Source of the DNA: Myxococcales bacterium
Lineage (GTDB): Bacteria > Myxococcota_A > Polyangia > Polyangiales > Houyiibacteriaceae
Assembly (NCBI GenBank): GCA_020430775.1
Contig: JAGQJE010000206.1
Location: 65,837-129,836 of the forward strand
DNA: 64,000 bases
Reading direction: 5' to 3'
Shown here: in pieces, positions 33,358 to 42,291 of the stretch
Layout: each line of letters begins with the position of its first letter
Position numbering within the stretch: position 1 is the stretch's first letter
Notes under the pieces: model-generated
What the model saw: only the letters and a program-made list of their open reading frames with translations
The model's database searches: none
What the model was told of the DNA's origin: nothing
Made by a program: the position numbers and the translations under genes

Positions 33358-34130
33358 GAGCGCCCGTGTACATCGCCCGAACGTGCATCGCCCTCGCGTG
33401 TGGGCTCGTCCTCGGCGCGTGCTCGCACAGCGGCTCGACGAAGCCCGCCGCTGCGTCGGGGGCGGCCAGCTCCGGCGCGGAGCGAGCGAACCGCCTCATC
33501 TCCGGCTTGTGCCCCGCCGTCGACGCCACCCACCGCGCGACGGAAGAGGACACCTCGGGCGACGGCGTCCCCGACGTCCGCCGCGTCTTCCTCATCGTGG
33601 GCACTGGTGACACCGCCACCCAGACGCTCGTCTGTCGCGAGGTCGACCTGAACGGCGACGGTCGGCCCGACGTCGTCCGGCACTACGACGACGAGGGGCG
33701 CGTCCGCATGGAGGAGGCCGACCGCAACTTCGACGGCAAGATGGACGACTTCAGCTACTTCGCGAAGGGGCGCGTCGTCCGCGAAGAGCTCGACACCAAC
33801 CACGACGGGCGCATCGACACGAAGTACTACTTCGACAACGGCGAGCGCACCCGGGCCGAGCTCGACACGCTGGGACGCAGCACGGCGGACGACTGGCGCC
33901 CGAACGTGTGGGAGTACTACGCGGGCGGGCGCTTGCTGCGGGTCGGGACCGACCTGGACGGCGACGGCAAGGTAGACCGCTGGGATCGCGACGCCCCCTA
34001 CCAGGCGGAGCTCGCCGCCGCGCGCGCGAAGGCGGAAAAGGACGAGGCCGCGGAAGAGGGCGAGTCCTCGTCTAGCGCCGGCGGCGCCGGCGAGAGCGAC
34101 GCGTCGGCGTCGAATCAGACCGGGGACTAG
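33354..34130 (+). CDS. paralogous lipoprotein with DxDxDG-type repeats
   Basis: GTG overlaps the upstream stop (GTGA). Lipobox LVLGAC. Repeats include DTSGDGVPD, DLNGDGRPD, DRNFDGKMD, DTNHDGRID and DLDGDGKVD. Acidic C-terminal tail. Confidence 0.7.
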   Translation: MRAPVYIARTCIALACGLVLGACSHSGSTKPAAASGAASSGAERANRLISGLCPAVDATHRATEEDTSGDGVPDVRRVFLIVGTGDTATQTLVCREVDLNGDGRPDVVRHYDDEGRVRMEEADRNFDGKMDDFSYFAKGRVVREELDTNHDGRIDTKYYFDNGERTRAELDTLGRSTADDWRPNVWEYYAGGRLLRVGTDLDGDGKVDRWDRDAPYQAELAAARAKAEKDEAAEEGESSSSAGGAGESDASASNQTGD

Positions 34131-34211
34131 CTCGGCGTCGACGCACGCGCGGGGCAAGCGGGGCGAGCGGGGCGGGTGGCGCCGCCGCCGTGGCGTCTGC
34201 ATGCTAGCGCG

Positions 34212-34970
34212 ATGGCGACCGAGCGGCTGCAGAAGGTCTTGGCGCAGGCGGGGCTCGCCTCTCGCCGCGGAGCCGAGGCGCTGATCACGAAGGGCCGCGT
34301 TCGCGTGAACGGGCGCATCGTGAAGGAGCTCGGGACCAAAGTAGACCCGCACCGCGACCGTGTGGAGCTCGACGGGCGCCGCGTCGTCGCCGAGAAACCG
34401 GCCTACTACGTCATCCACAAGCCGCGCGCCGTCGTGTCTACGCTGCGTGACCCGGAGGGCCGTGAGACGCTCGCCGAGATCCTGCGGCGCGCGCCGGAGC
34501 GGGTGCATCCGGTTGGGCGCCTCGACTACCACACGAGCGGCGTGATCCTCGCGACCAACGATGGCGAGCTCACCGACGCGCTGCTCCGGCCCCACGCCGC
34601 CGTCCCGAAGGTGTACCAGGTGAAGATGCAGGGGCACCTCGATGTGCCCGAGCTCGACGCGCTGCGCAACGGCGTCGTCCTCGACGACGGTTACCGGACG
34701 CGGCCCGCCGAGGTGTTCGTCACGCGCGAGGAGGCGCGCGCGACCTGGGTCCAGATCACGCTCTCCGAGGGTAAGAACCGCCAGATTCGGCGCATGGGCG
34801 ACGCGATCGGCCACACGGTGTTGCGCCTCGTACGCAGCGCCTTCGCGGACGTGACGAGCGAGGGCCTGCGCCCCGGGCAGATGCGGCCGCTCACCGGCAA
34901 GGAGCTCGAGCGCCTCAAGAAGCGCTTCGTCGCCCCCTACCGTCGCGAGCGGGCCGCCGCCGGCGGTTAG
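34212..34970 (+). CDS. pseudouridine synthase, RsuA/RluB family (S4 domain plus catalytic domain)
   Basis: MATERLQKVLAQAGLASRRGAEALITKGRVRVNG (S4 domain) and the catalytic loop HPVGRLDYHTSGVILATNDGEL. Confidence 0.88.
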   Translation: MATERLQKVLAQAGLASRRGAEALITKGRVRVNGRIVKELGTKVDPHRDRVELDGRRVVAEKPAYYVIHKPRAVVSTLRDPEGRETLAEILRRAPERVHPVGRLDYHTSGVILATNDGELTDALLRPHAAVPKVYQVKMQGHLDVPELDALRNGVVLDDGYRTRPAEVFVTREEARATWVQITLSEGKNRQIRRMGDAIGHTVLRLVRSAFADVTSEGLRPGQMRPLTGKELERLKKRFVAPYRRERAAAGG

Positions 34971-35013
34971 TGAAGGGTGACCGGGGCTCGAGCGACCGGC
35001 GGCGGCGCGGCTC

Positions 35014-36423
35014 TCACTCCGCGATCGAGAGGTTCGGTCTCGGCACGCACTCGTCGTAGGCGTAGCGCTCTACGCGACGGGTCGAGTACAGCCACGCCAC
35101 GAGGCCCGCGAGCGCGTTCGCGATGAACGCGGCCGCCGCGAGCCCCCAGGTGCCGTAGCGCGCCGTCAGCAGCCACGCGAGCGGGGCATAGAGCGCGATC
35201 GTGCGCAGGCCGTAGTAGACGAGCCCGACCATCGGGCGGCCGAGCGCGTTGAAGGTCGCGGCGCCCACCATGACCACGCCGTAGCCGACGTAGCTCGCGG
35301 GCACGATCCACAAGTAGCGGCTGGCGGTCTGCACCACGACGGGGCCTTCGCTGAAGGCTCTCGAGATGGCGCCCGCGAAGAGCCCGCAGACCACCGCGGT
35401 GACGACCGTCCACAGCGCGCAAAAGGCGATGCTCTCGCGCAGGGCCGCGAGCACGCGGTCGCGGTGATGGGCGCCCCAGTTCTGCCCGACCAGGGGCGCG
35501 AGCGCCGCGGCGAGCGCGCGCATCGGGATCGTCGCGAACATCTCGACGCGGGTCGCCACCCCGAAGCCCGCGACCACCGACGGCCCGAGCGTCGCGAGGG
35601 CGGCCGTGACGACGCCGATGCCGATCGGGTTGACCATGCGCCCGCCCGCCGCCGGGAGGCCCATCGCGAGCACCTCGCGCCATGACCGGAGCAGCTCCGA
35701 CAGGGACGGCCGCTCGAAGGAGATGAGACGCTCGCGGAAGTGCAGGATGGCGAGCGCGGCGAGCAGGCTCATCACGCGGCTCCCGGCGGTCGCCCAGGCC
35801 GCACCGGCGAGCCCGAGGCGCGGAAAGCCCGCGAGCCCGAAGATGAGCACCGGGTCGAGGATGAGGTTCGCGACCGCCGCGACCACCATGATGATGCCGG
35901 GGTTGAGCGAGTCGCCGTTCGCGCGCAGGATGTTGTTCGCGACCATCGGTCCGAGGAGCGCGAGCAGGGCCGGATACCAGATGCGCATGTACTCTCGGAT
36001 GAAGCCGAGCACCTCCGCGTCGGCTCCGAGGGCGCGAAAGAGCGGGTCGAGCGTCAAGAGCCCGAGGGCCGCGGCGACGGCGCCGATGAGCAGCGCGAGC
36101 ACGAGGCTGTCCGTCGTGAGACGCCGGACGCGCGCCTCGTCGCCCGCTCCGATGACGCGGGCGATGACCGACGACGCGCCGGCACCGAGCCCGATGCCGA
36201 CGCTCGCGAAGGTGAACATCACCGGCGCGATGAAGCCCATCGCCGCGAGCTGACGCGGGCCGAGCCGGCCCACGAAGTAGGTGTCGACGAGCCCCATCGA
36301 CATGATCGCCGAGACGCCGCCGATCAGCGGTAGCGTCAGTCGGACGAGCTGCGACCTCACGCCGCCGTGCGTGAGGTCGCGCTTGTCAGTGCTCCCCCCC
36401 GAGCCATGGCCCGAGGTCGGCAC
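35014..36423 (-). CDS. MATE family efflux transporter
   Basis: 469 aa with about 12 predicted TM segments and the duplicated MatE pattern (LTLPLIGGVSAIMSMGLVDTYFVGRLG...). Confidence 0.85.
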   Translation of the reverse strand: MPTSGHGSGGSTDKRDLTHGGVRSQLVRLTLPLIGGVSAIMSMGLVDTYFVGRLGPRQLAAMGFIAPVMFTFASVGIGLGAGASSVIARVIGAGDEARVRRLTTDSLVLALLIGAVAAALGLLTLDPLFRALGADAEVLGFIREYMRIWYPALLALLGPMVANNILRANGDSLNPGIIMVVAAVANLILDPVLIFGLAGFPRLGLAGAAWATAGSRVMSLLAALAILHFRERLISFERPSLSELLRSWREVLAMGLPAAGGRMVNPIGIGVVTAALATLGPSVVAGFGVATRVEMFATIPMRALAAALAPLVGQNWGAHHRDRVLAALRESIAFCALWTVVTAVVCGLFAGAISRAFSEGPVVVQTASRYLWIVPASYVGYGVVMVGAATFNALGRPMVGLVYYGLRTIALYAPLAWLLTARYGTWGLAAAAFIANALAGLVAWLYSTRRVERYAYDECVPRPNLSIAE

Positions 36424-36426
36424 GCG

Positions 36427-36987
36427 CTACTTTTGCTGTGACGCGAAGTACTTCGCTGCGATCTTGCCGAGGTAGTCTGCCGCGACGGACATCCGCTGAG
36501 CGCGCGACGGGCGGTACATGCTGGGGCCGACCGACGGCTTCAGCTCGATCGTTCCGGCGGGCTGGCCGCCGCGCGTCCACACGAGCCAGGCGGTCACGCG
36601 CGTCGCGCGTCCCATCGGACCGTGGCTTCCGCGCACGATGTCCTTGTACTGGATGGTGAGGTGGGCCTCGCCGGCCGCGTTCGTCGCGTCGCCGCGCGTG
36701 ACGGGGACCTTGGCGTCCTTCTGGAGGGCGGCGAAGGCGGACTCGTCCATGCGATCGAGCGAGGCCTTGAGGTCCGCGCGGTCCTCGGGGGTCTTTTCGG
36801 CGGCGAGGGTCTCGTCGAGCGACTTGCCGTCGATCATGACGCCGTCGAAGCTCGAGGCGTACGTGATCGAGGTCGCGCCGCGGAGCGCGTCGGGTGCGCT
36901 GGCGGGCGTGACGACCTTCCAGCTCTTACCGCCGCAGCCGAGCGCGAAGAGGGCGGTCGTGACCAACAGGAGCGACAGATGCTTCAT
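36427..36987 (-). CDS. hypothetical lipoprotein
   Basis: MKHLSLLLVTTALFALGCGG lipoprotein signal. Its stop lies 3 nt before the MATE start, so the two genes are probably co-transcribed. Confidence 0.7.
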   Translation of the reverse strand: MKHLSLLLVTTALFALGCGGKSWKVVTPASAPDALRGATSITYASSFDGVMIDGKSLDETLAAEKTPEDRADLKASLDRMDESAFAALQKDAKVPVTRGDATNAAGEAHLTIQYKDIVRGSHGPMGRATRVTAWLVWTRGGQPAGTIELKPSVGPSMYRPSRAQRMSVAADYLGKIAAKYFASQQK

Positions 36988-37152
36988 CGAGGTACCTGTG
37001 GACGCACGTCGGGGGCCGTGGGTCGTGAGACCGAAGCGAGCGCTCGCGGGTGGCCCCCCGGCCGGAGCCGCGAGCGGGGAACGAACACGGCGCTACCCTA
37101 AACCATCGCTTCGCCGCTGTCGCGATCGAGAAGCGTGCCGTGACATGACCCC

Positions 37153-37315
37153 GGAAAAATCCACCCCGACGGGCGCGACCCGGAGATTCGCTCCAAAATG
37201 GAAAAATCCGGCGCCAACGTGGCCCACCTCACCCAAGATCTACCCTCGGAGCACCGCAGCTCACCCGATCTCGCGAGAGCAAAATTTTCTATTTCGCGAA
37301 ATCTACTCTCGGAGC
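37153..37315. promoter_or_regulatory. cluster of paired repeats and palindromes in an AT-richer intergenic region
   Basis: GGAAAAATCC occurs twice (37153-37162, 37200-37209). ATCTACNCTCGGAGC occurs twice (37238-37252, 37301-37315). Two 10-nt palindromes are present: TCTCGCGAGA (37269-37278) and TTTCGCGAAA (37292-37301). Function unknown. Confidence 0.3.
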
Positions 37316-37406
37316 GCTGAAAACGTGTTGGAGCGGAAAATTCTGCCGGCGAGTCGCGGGGGGCGCGGCCCGCAGGCGCGATGACCGGCGCGGTGCACGG
37401 AGCTTG

Positions 37407-38210
37407 CTACGACGTGCCGCCGGTCGCCGGCGGACGGAGCCGCTCCTCGAGGAGCGCCAGCACGCGGTCGAGCGCCTGTCGCGTCGGGTGCTCCTCCTCG
37501 TCGACGAGCTCGACGGTGAGCACCGAGTGCGCGTCCTGTGGGATGCCGTGTGGGTTGCCGGGGCTCGAGTCGATCTCGACGCCTTCGAAGCCGTCGCCGA
37601 GCTCGCGGCGCAGCGTCTCGAAGCGCTCGGGCGGCACCGATCGGTCGTTCGTGAAGCGGAGGCCGAGCACCCCGCAGCCCCGCGCGGCCCGCGCACGCAC
37701 CGTGTCGAGGTCGCCCGGCGAGAGGTGGATGGCCGCACGCCGTTCGGCGCCGATGGGGAAGGGCAGCGACGGCTGGCTGAGCACCGGCGCCATCACGGAC
37801 TCGTCGACCATCATGGCGAGCGCGAAGTTTCCGGTGAGACACATGCCGATCGCCCCGACGCCGGGTCCACCGCACTCGGCGTGTGCGTGCCGGCACAGCG
37901 CCCGCAGCCACTCGGTGACGGGGCTCGAGCCGTGGCTCGCGAGGACGTGGAACTCTCGGCTCACGCACGCGCGGAGCAGCCCTCCGGCGATGTAGCCCGT
38001 CGTCGCGGGCCTGCCGACGACCCCGAACAGGTGCGGGAGATAGACGCGAAAGCCGCGCGCGACCACGCGGCGCGCGAAGTCGGCGACCTCCGGCGTGATG
38101 CCGGGCACCTCGTGGACGATGACGACGCCCGGCCCGTCTCCGAGGCAGAGCACCTCGCGGCGCTTGCCCTCGTGGCTGAAGCTCTCGCGTTTGAAGTCGG
38201 ACAGCGGCAT
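37407..38210 (-). CDS. dienelactone hydrolase family protein
   Basis: Internal ATG (MPLSDFKRESFSHEGKRREVLCLGDGPGVVIVHEVPGITPEVADFARRV...GAIGMCLTGNFAL) with a nucleophile-elbow Cys motif typical of the DLH fold. Confidence 0.78.
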   Translation of the reverse strand: MPLSDFKRESFSHEGKRREVLCLGDGPGVVIVHEVPGITPEVADFARRVVARGFRVYLPHLFGVVGRPATTGYIAGGLLRACVSREFHVLASHGSSPVTEWLRALCRHAHAECGGPGVGAIGMCLTGNFALAMMVDESVMAPVLSQPSLPFPIGAERRAAIHLSPGDLDTVRARAARGCGVLGLRFTNDRSVPPERFETLRRELGDGFEGVEIDSSPGNPHGIPQDAHSVLTVELVDEEEHPTRQALDRVLALLEERLRPPATGGTS

Positions 38211-38357
38211 CCCCTGCTCCTCGCTCGCGGGTCGACCGCCCGCGCTTCCCACCCGCGAGTGTGCAGCGGTCGACGCCGCCGGCGCCAGCCTCGTAGGCGC
38301 CGTGCGCCGTGCGCTGCGGGCTGCGCAGCGCGCGCGGCTCTGGCATGGTCAGCGGCG

Positions 38358-39227
38358 ATGGCGGCGACCGACACCGGCGACCCCCGCGCGCGCTCCGTGG
38401 CGTCCGTCGCGTCCGCCGCCCCACCACCCGCTTCTGCACGCACCGTCGAGGCCTGGGCCGAGGCGTACATCCGCACCACCTCGCTCGAGCGCAAGCTGCG
38501 TCCGGGGCCAGTCCCGGCGCGGTTCGCGTCCGACGCGCAGGCGCGGCCCGCCATCCCCCGCCGCATCGAGCGGCCCGGTCGCCCGGAGGTGTTCCAGCCG
38601 CCGCGCGGCAAGGTGAAGTACGGCGGGCTGCGCAGCGGGCGTTCGCGCGCCCACCTGCTGCACCGCTTCTTCGGGCACGAGCTGCAGGCCGCCGAGCTCA
38701 TGTGCTGGGCGGTGCTCGCCTTCCCGGACACGCCCCGCGCGTTTCGCCGCGGCCTCGTGGGCGTCGCGCTCGACGAGGTCCGCCACATGAACCTCTACGC
38801 CACGCAGATCGCGCGCCTCGGCTACGCGCTCGGCGATTTCCCGCTGAACGACTGGTTCTGGCAGCGGATCCCGGCGAGCCGCACGCCGCTTTCGTTCCTG
38901 GCGGCCATGTCCCTCGGTTTCGAGGCCGCGAACCTCGATCACTCGGGCGATTTCGCCGCGCGCTTTCGGCAGGTCGGCGACGACGAGGCCGCGGCGGTCC
39001 AAGAGCAGGTGGCGCGCGAAGAGCTGGCGCACGTGCGCTTCGGCGCGTCGTGGTTTCGACGCTTCCACGGCGCGCTCACCTTCGACGCGTGGGTCGCCGC
39101 GCTGCCGCCCCCGCTCTCGCCGATGGTGATGCGGGGCAGAGCCATCGACGAGGACGCGCGCGCGCGCGCCGGGCTCGACGCGCGCTACATCGAGAGGCTC
39201 GCGCTGTGGCAGCCGCGTGGTGTCTGA
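38358..39227 (+). CDS. DUF455 ferritin-like (putative di-iron) protein
   Basis: The real part of ORF 37404-39227 starts at ATG 38358. FFGHELQAAELMCWAVLAFPDTP...VALDEVRHMNLYATQIARLGYALGDFPLNDWFW...EELAHVRFG matches the DUF455 pattern as I recall it. Confidence 0.72.
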   Translation: MAATDTGDPRARSVASVASAAPPPASARTVEAWAEAYIRTTSLERKLRPGPVPARFASDAQARPAIPRRIERPGRPEVFQPPRGKVKYGGLRSGRSRAHLLHRFFGHELQAAELMCWAVLAFPDTPRAFRRGLVGVALDEVRHMNLYATQIARLGYALGDFPLNDWFWQRIPASRTPLSFLAAMSLGFEAANLDHSGDFAARFRQVGDDEAAAVQEQVAREELAHVRFGASWFRRFHGALTFDAWVAALPPPLSPMVMRGRAIDEDARARAGLDARYIERLALWQPRGV

Positions 39228-40099
39228 ACCTCTGGGCCGAGCACGAGCTCGCTGCGCCGGGACGGACGCCGCCTCGGCGCGTGCTCGATGCGAGCGCACG
39301 CTTCGCCGTGCGGGCGGAGACACTGATGGCGCCGGGCGACGTGCGCGTCGAGGCGCTCGAGCAAGCCGCGAGCGACGTGACCGCCGGCGCGCATCGCCCG
39401 CCCGCGCGTGACCGGGTCGGCCGCGCGTGGTGCGTCACGCCGACCGCGGTAGCGCGCCTGCGCGCGGCGGGTGTCCGGCTGCCGGCGATGCCGTCGTTCG
39501 AGGCCGTGCGCGCCGTCAACGACCGTGCGCTGCAGCGGTCGCTCCCGGGCGGCCACGCGGACGGCGAGCTGGTCACGGACGAGGCGCGGCTGCGCGGCAA
39601 GCTCGCGGCCGGGGGGCGGTGGCGCGCGAAGCCTCGCTTCGGGATGGCGGGCCGGGGTCAGCGCACCTTGGACGCGGGCCGCCTCGACGCGGCGGACGAG
39701 CGCTGGCTGCTGCCGCGCGTCACGACGACCGGCGTCTGGCTCGAGCGCGAGCTCGACGTGCGGGCCGAGTACGCGCTGCACCTGTGCTTCGGGCCTGGCC
39801 ACGCGCGGGTCGCCCGCGTCTGCCGGCAGCGCTGCGACGCCCACGGTCAGTGGCGGTCGAGCGCAGCCGTCGACGAGGTGCCTGGCCTGCACCCGCGCGA
39901 TCGCGACGCCGCGGTCCGGGCGGTGTTCGATGCCGCCGAGCGCGCCGACTATTTCGGGCCGATCGGCGTCGACGTGCTGGTCTACGACGACGGTTCCGGG
40001 CGCAGCAGCGTGTACGTGGGCTCCGACGTGCAGGGCCGTTTCACGATGGGCTGGAACGGCGGGGAGCCGGTCTGCGCGAGCTGCGCGTGCGGCCTCTGA
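39206..40099 (+). CDS. hypothetical protein (possibly ATP-grasp-like)
   Basis: Tail of ORF 38309-40099 with good G/C third-position bias. GTG 39206 overlaps the DUF455 gene by 22 nt. WRAKPRFGMAGRGQR and GPIGVDVLVY are reminiscent of ATP-grasp strands. Both start and family are uncertain. Confidence 0.45.
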   Translation: MAAAWCLNLWAEHELAAPGRTPPRRVLDASARFAVRAETLMAPGDVRVEALEQAASDVTAGAHRPPARDRVGRAWCVTPTAVARLRAAGVRLPAMPSFEAVRAVNDRALQRSLPGGHADGELVTDEARLRGKLAAGGRWRAKPRFGMAGRGQRTLDAGRLDAADERWLLPRVTTTGVWLERELDVRAEYALHLCFGPGHARVARVCRQRCDAHGQWRSSAAVDEVPGLHPRDRDAAVRAVFDAAERADYFGPIGVDVLVYDDGSGRSSVYVGSDVQGRFTMGWNGGEPVCASCACGL

Positions 40100-40156
40100 G
40101 CCCACGGCGCCACGGCACGACGGCGCCACCGCGTTAGGGCGAGCGGCGCGGCGATC

Positions 40157-40193
40157 GCCACCCGCGCAGCGCGGTTGCCACCCGCGCAGCGCG
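40157..40193. repeat. direct repeat, 2 x 17 nt (GCCACCCGCGCAGCGCG) with 20-nt period
   Basis: Copies at 40157-40173 and 40177-40193, bracketed by GATCGC...GCGATC. Located upstream of the epimerase gene. Confidence 0.7.
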
Positions 40194-40311
40194 CTTCGAT
40201 TGCGATCTCCGGCGATGCGCGCATGGTGTCGCGTATGAACCCCGCGACTTGCCCGCTCCGGCCGGCATCCCGGACCGCCCGCGGCGCACCCGCGGAGGAA
40301 GGCGCGCGCTG

Positions 40312-41472
40312 ATGGGGCGGCAGGTCGGCCCTAGCAGGTGGTCGACGGCCCCCTCGGGGGCCTGCGTAGGGCCGACCGTGAGCGTCGTCACCGGCGGCGC
40401 GGGCTTCATCGGGCGGCACCTGGTCGACGCGCTGCTGGCGCGCGGCGACGAGGTGCGCGTCCTCGACGTCGCCCCCGAGCCGGCGAACGACTGGAGCGGG
40501 GAGGTCGACTACCGATGCGCCGACGTCACCGATCGGCGCGCGGTGCGCGACGCCTGCGCGGGCGCAGACGTGGTGTTTCACGCGGCCGCGCTCGTGCACA
40601 CGCGGCGGTCGCAGCGCGAGCGCATGTGGGCGGTGAACGTCGGCGGCACCGAGCGCGTGATCGACGCGTGCGTCGAGGCCGGGGTTGCGCGGCTGGTGTT
40701 CGTCGGCGCGGCGATCGTCGTGTGCGACGGGCGCGAGATCATGGGTGGTGACGAGTCGCTCCCCTACGCGGAGCGCGCGGTCGAGCCCTTCACCGCGACG
40801 ATGGTCGGGGCCGAGCGCAGGGTGCGGGCGGCGAACGACCCGCGGGGCCTTCGTACGGTGGCGCTGCGCCCGACGATGGTGTTTGGCCCGGACGATCCCT
40901 ACTTTCTGCCGGCGTTGCTCGGGTACCTCCGGCAGGGGCGCGCTCGTGTGCAGATCGGTCGCGGCCGCTGGCTGTGGGACGCCACGTACGTCACGAACCT
41001 CATCGACGCGCTCTTGCTCGCCGACGAGGCGCTCCGGCGCGCGCGCGAGCCCGACGTGCTCGGCCGCCGTCCGTCGCGCGCGGTCGCAGGTGGCGCGTAC
41101 TTCATCAGCAACGACGAGCCGATGCCCTTCTGGGAGTTCGTCGAGCGCATGGCCTATCGCCTCGGGCTGCCGCCGCCGCGCTTCGCGCTGCCCCATCAGC
41201 TCGCTTACACCTGGGCTGCGCTGCGGGAGTCTGCCGCCCGGTTCGGCAACGACACCGTCGGTCCGCCCGATGGGCTCAGCCGGTTCTCGATCCGTCAGAT
41301 GTGTACCAGCACGTACTTCTCGATCGAGGCGGCGCGCCGGGACCTCGGCTACGAACCGGCCGTCAGCCTCGCCGACGGCATCGAACGGACCTGCGCGTAC
41401 GTCGAGGCGATGGGCCTCGGACCCACCGCTGCGCGACGGGGTCCACACGCGACGTCGCTGCCGAGCGACTGA
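40312..41472 (+). CDS. NAD-dependent epimerase/dehydratase (extended SDR, 3-beta-HSD-like)
   Basis: Rossmann motif VVTGGAGFIGRHLVDALLARGDEVRVLD. GGAGGAAGG Shine-Dalgarno about 10 nt upstream of ATG 40312. Confidence 0.85.
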   Translation: MGRQVGPSRWSTAPSGACVGPTVSVVTGGAGFIGRHLVDALLARGDEVRVLDVAPEPANDWSGEVDYRCADVTDRRAVRDACAGADVVFHAAALVHTRRSQRERMWAVNVGGTERVIDACVEAGVARLVFVGAAIVVCDGREIMGGDESLPYAERAVEPFTATMVGAERRVRAANDPRGLRTVALRPTMVFGPDDPYFLPALLGYLRQGRARVQIGRGRWLWDATYVTNLIDALLLADEALRRAREPDVLGRRPSRAVAGGAYFISNDEPMPFWEFVERMAYRLGLPPPRFALPHQLAYTWAALRESAARFGNDTVGPPDGLSRFSIRQMCTSTYFSIEAARRDLGYEPAVSLADGIERTCAYVEAMGLGPTAARRGPHATSLPSD

Positions 41473-41547
41473 GCGCGCGCCCCGCGAGCTGCGCCGCGAC
41501 GTCGCGCCGCGGACGCTGGCCACGAGCGGGAGCGCGCCGTCTGCACT

Positions 41548-42108
41548 ATGGTGGCGCGCGTGGCGCTACCGGCGACCGTTCGCACGTTCCACATCGCGCT
41601 GAGCGACGTCGACCGCGCGGTGTACGAGACGCTCGACCTGCGGGTCGCGCAGCACCCATCCGAGACCGCCGAGCGGCTCATCGCGCGGGTGCTCGCGTAC
41701 TGCGTGTGCTTCGAGGAGGGCGTGGCCTTCAGCGGCGCGGGGCTCTGCGCGCCGGACGAGCCGGCGGTGAGCGTCCGCGACGCGCTCGGCGGTCTCGCGC
41801 ACTGGATCGAGGTCGGCCTGCCGTCTGCCGAGCGCGTGCACAAGGCGGCCAAGGCCGCGGCCCGGGTGAGCGTCTTCGCGCACCGCGATCCGGCGCCGCT
41901 CTTTCGCGAGGCCGAGCGGCGACGCGTCCACGGCGCCGATCGCGTGCGCGTGTACGCGCTCGATCCGGTCGCGGTCGCCACGCTCGCCGGCGTGTGCGAC
42001 CGCAAGAACGACTGGACGGTGATCGTGCAGGCCGGGACGCTCACGGTGTCCACCGCGGAGACCACCGTCACCTGCGCGCTCGAGCCCGTCCCCCTCGATC
42101 GCGGTTGA
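41548..42108 (+). CDS. yaeQ: YaeQ family protein
   Basis: TFHIALSDVDRAVYETLDLRVAQHPSETAERLIARVLAYC...LCAPDEPAVSVRD...HWIEVGLPSAERVHKA parallels E. coli YaeQ as I recall it (ARHPSET, LCADDEPE, LWIELGLPDE). Confidence 0.85.
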   Translation: MVARVALPATVRTFHIALSDVDRAVYETLDLRVAQHPSETAERLIARVLAYCVCFEEGVAFSGAGLCAPDEPAVSVRDALGGLAHWIEVGLPSAERVHKAAKAAARVSVFAHRDPAPLFREAERRRVHGADRVRVYALDPVAVATLAGVCDRKNDWTVIVQAGTLTVSTAETTVTCALEPVPLDRG

Positions 42109-42291
42109 CGCGGTCCGGCGACGGAGGCGCCGGAGGAAGGGGGCCGCCGCACGTGCGAAACCGCCGCGCGGGCCGGCGAGCGGTGACGGACGGCGCGCGC
42201 GCGACGGGGGCGCGCTATGCTCGGCCGCGCAGGACATCGAACGCGCGCGCTCGCGTGCGTGCGCGGCGCGCGACGGCGAGTAGGAGCAGCC

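Noticed and set aside
37110-37140. Sigma-54 promoter (GGCACG-N4-TCGA on the minus strand) upstream of the lipoprotein-MATE pair
   Set aside because: Only the -24 half resembles the consensus and the -12 element (TTGC) is not matched. No enhancer-binding protein gene is nearby.
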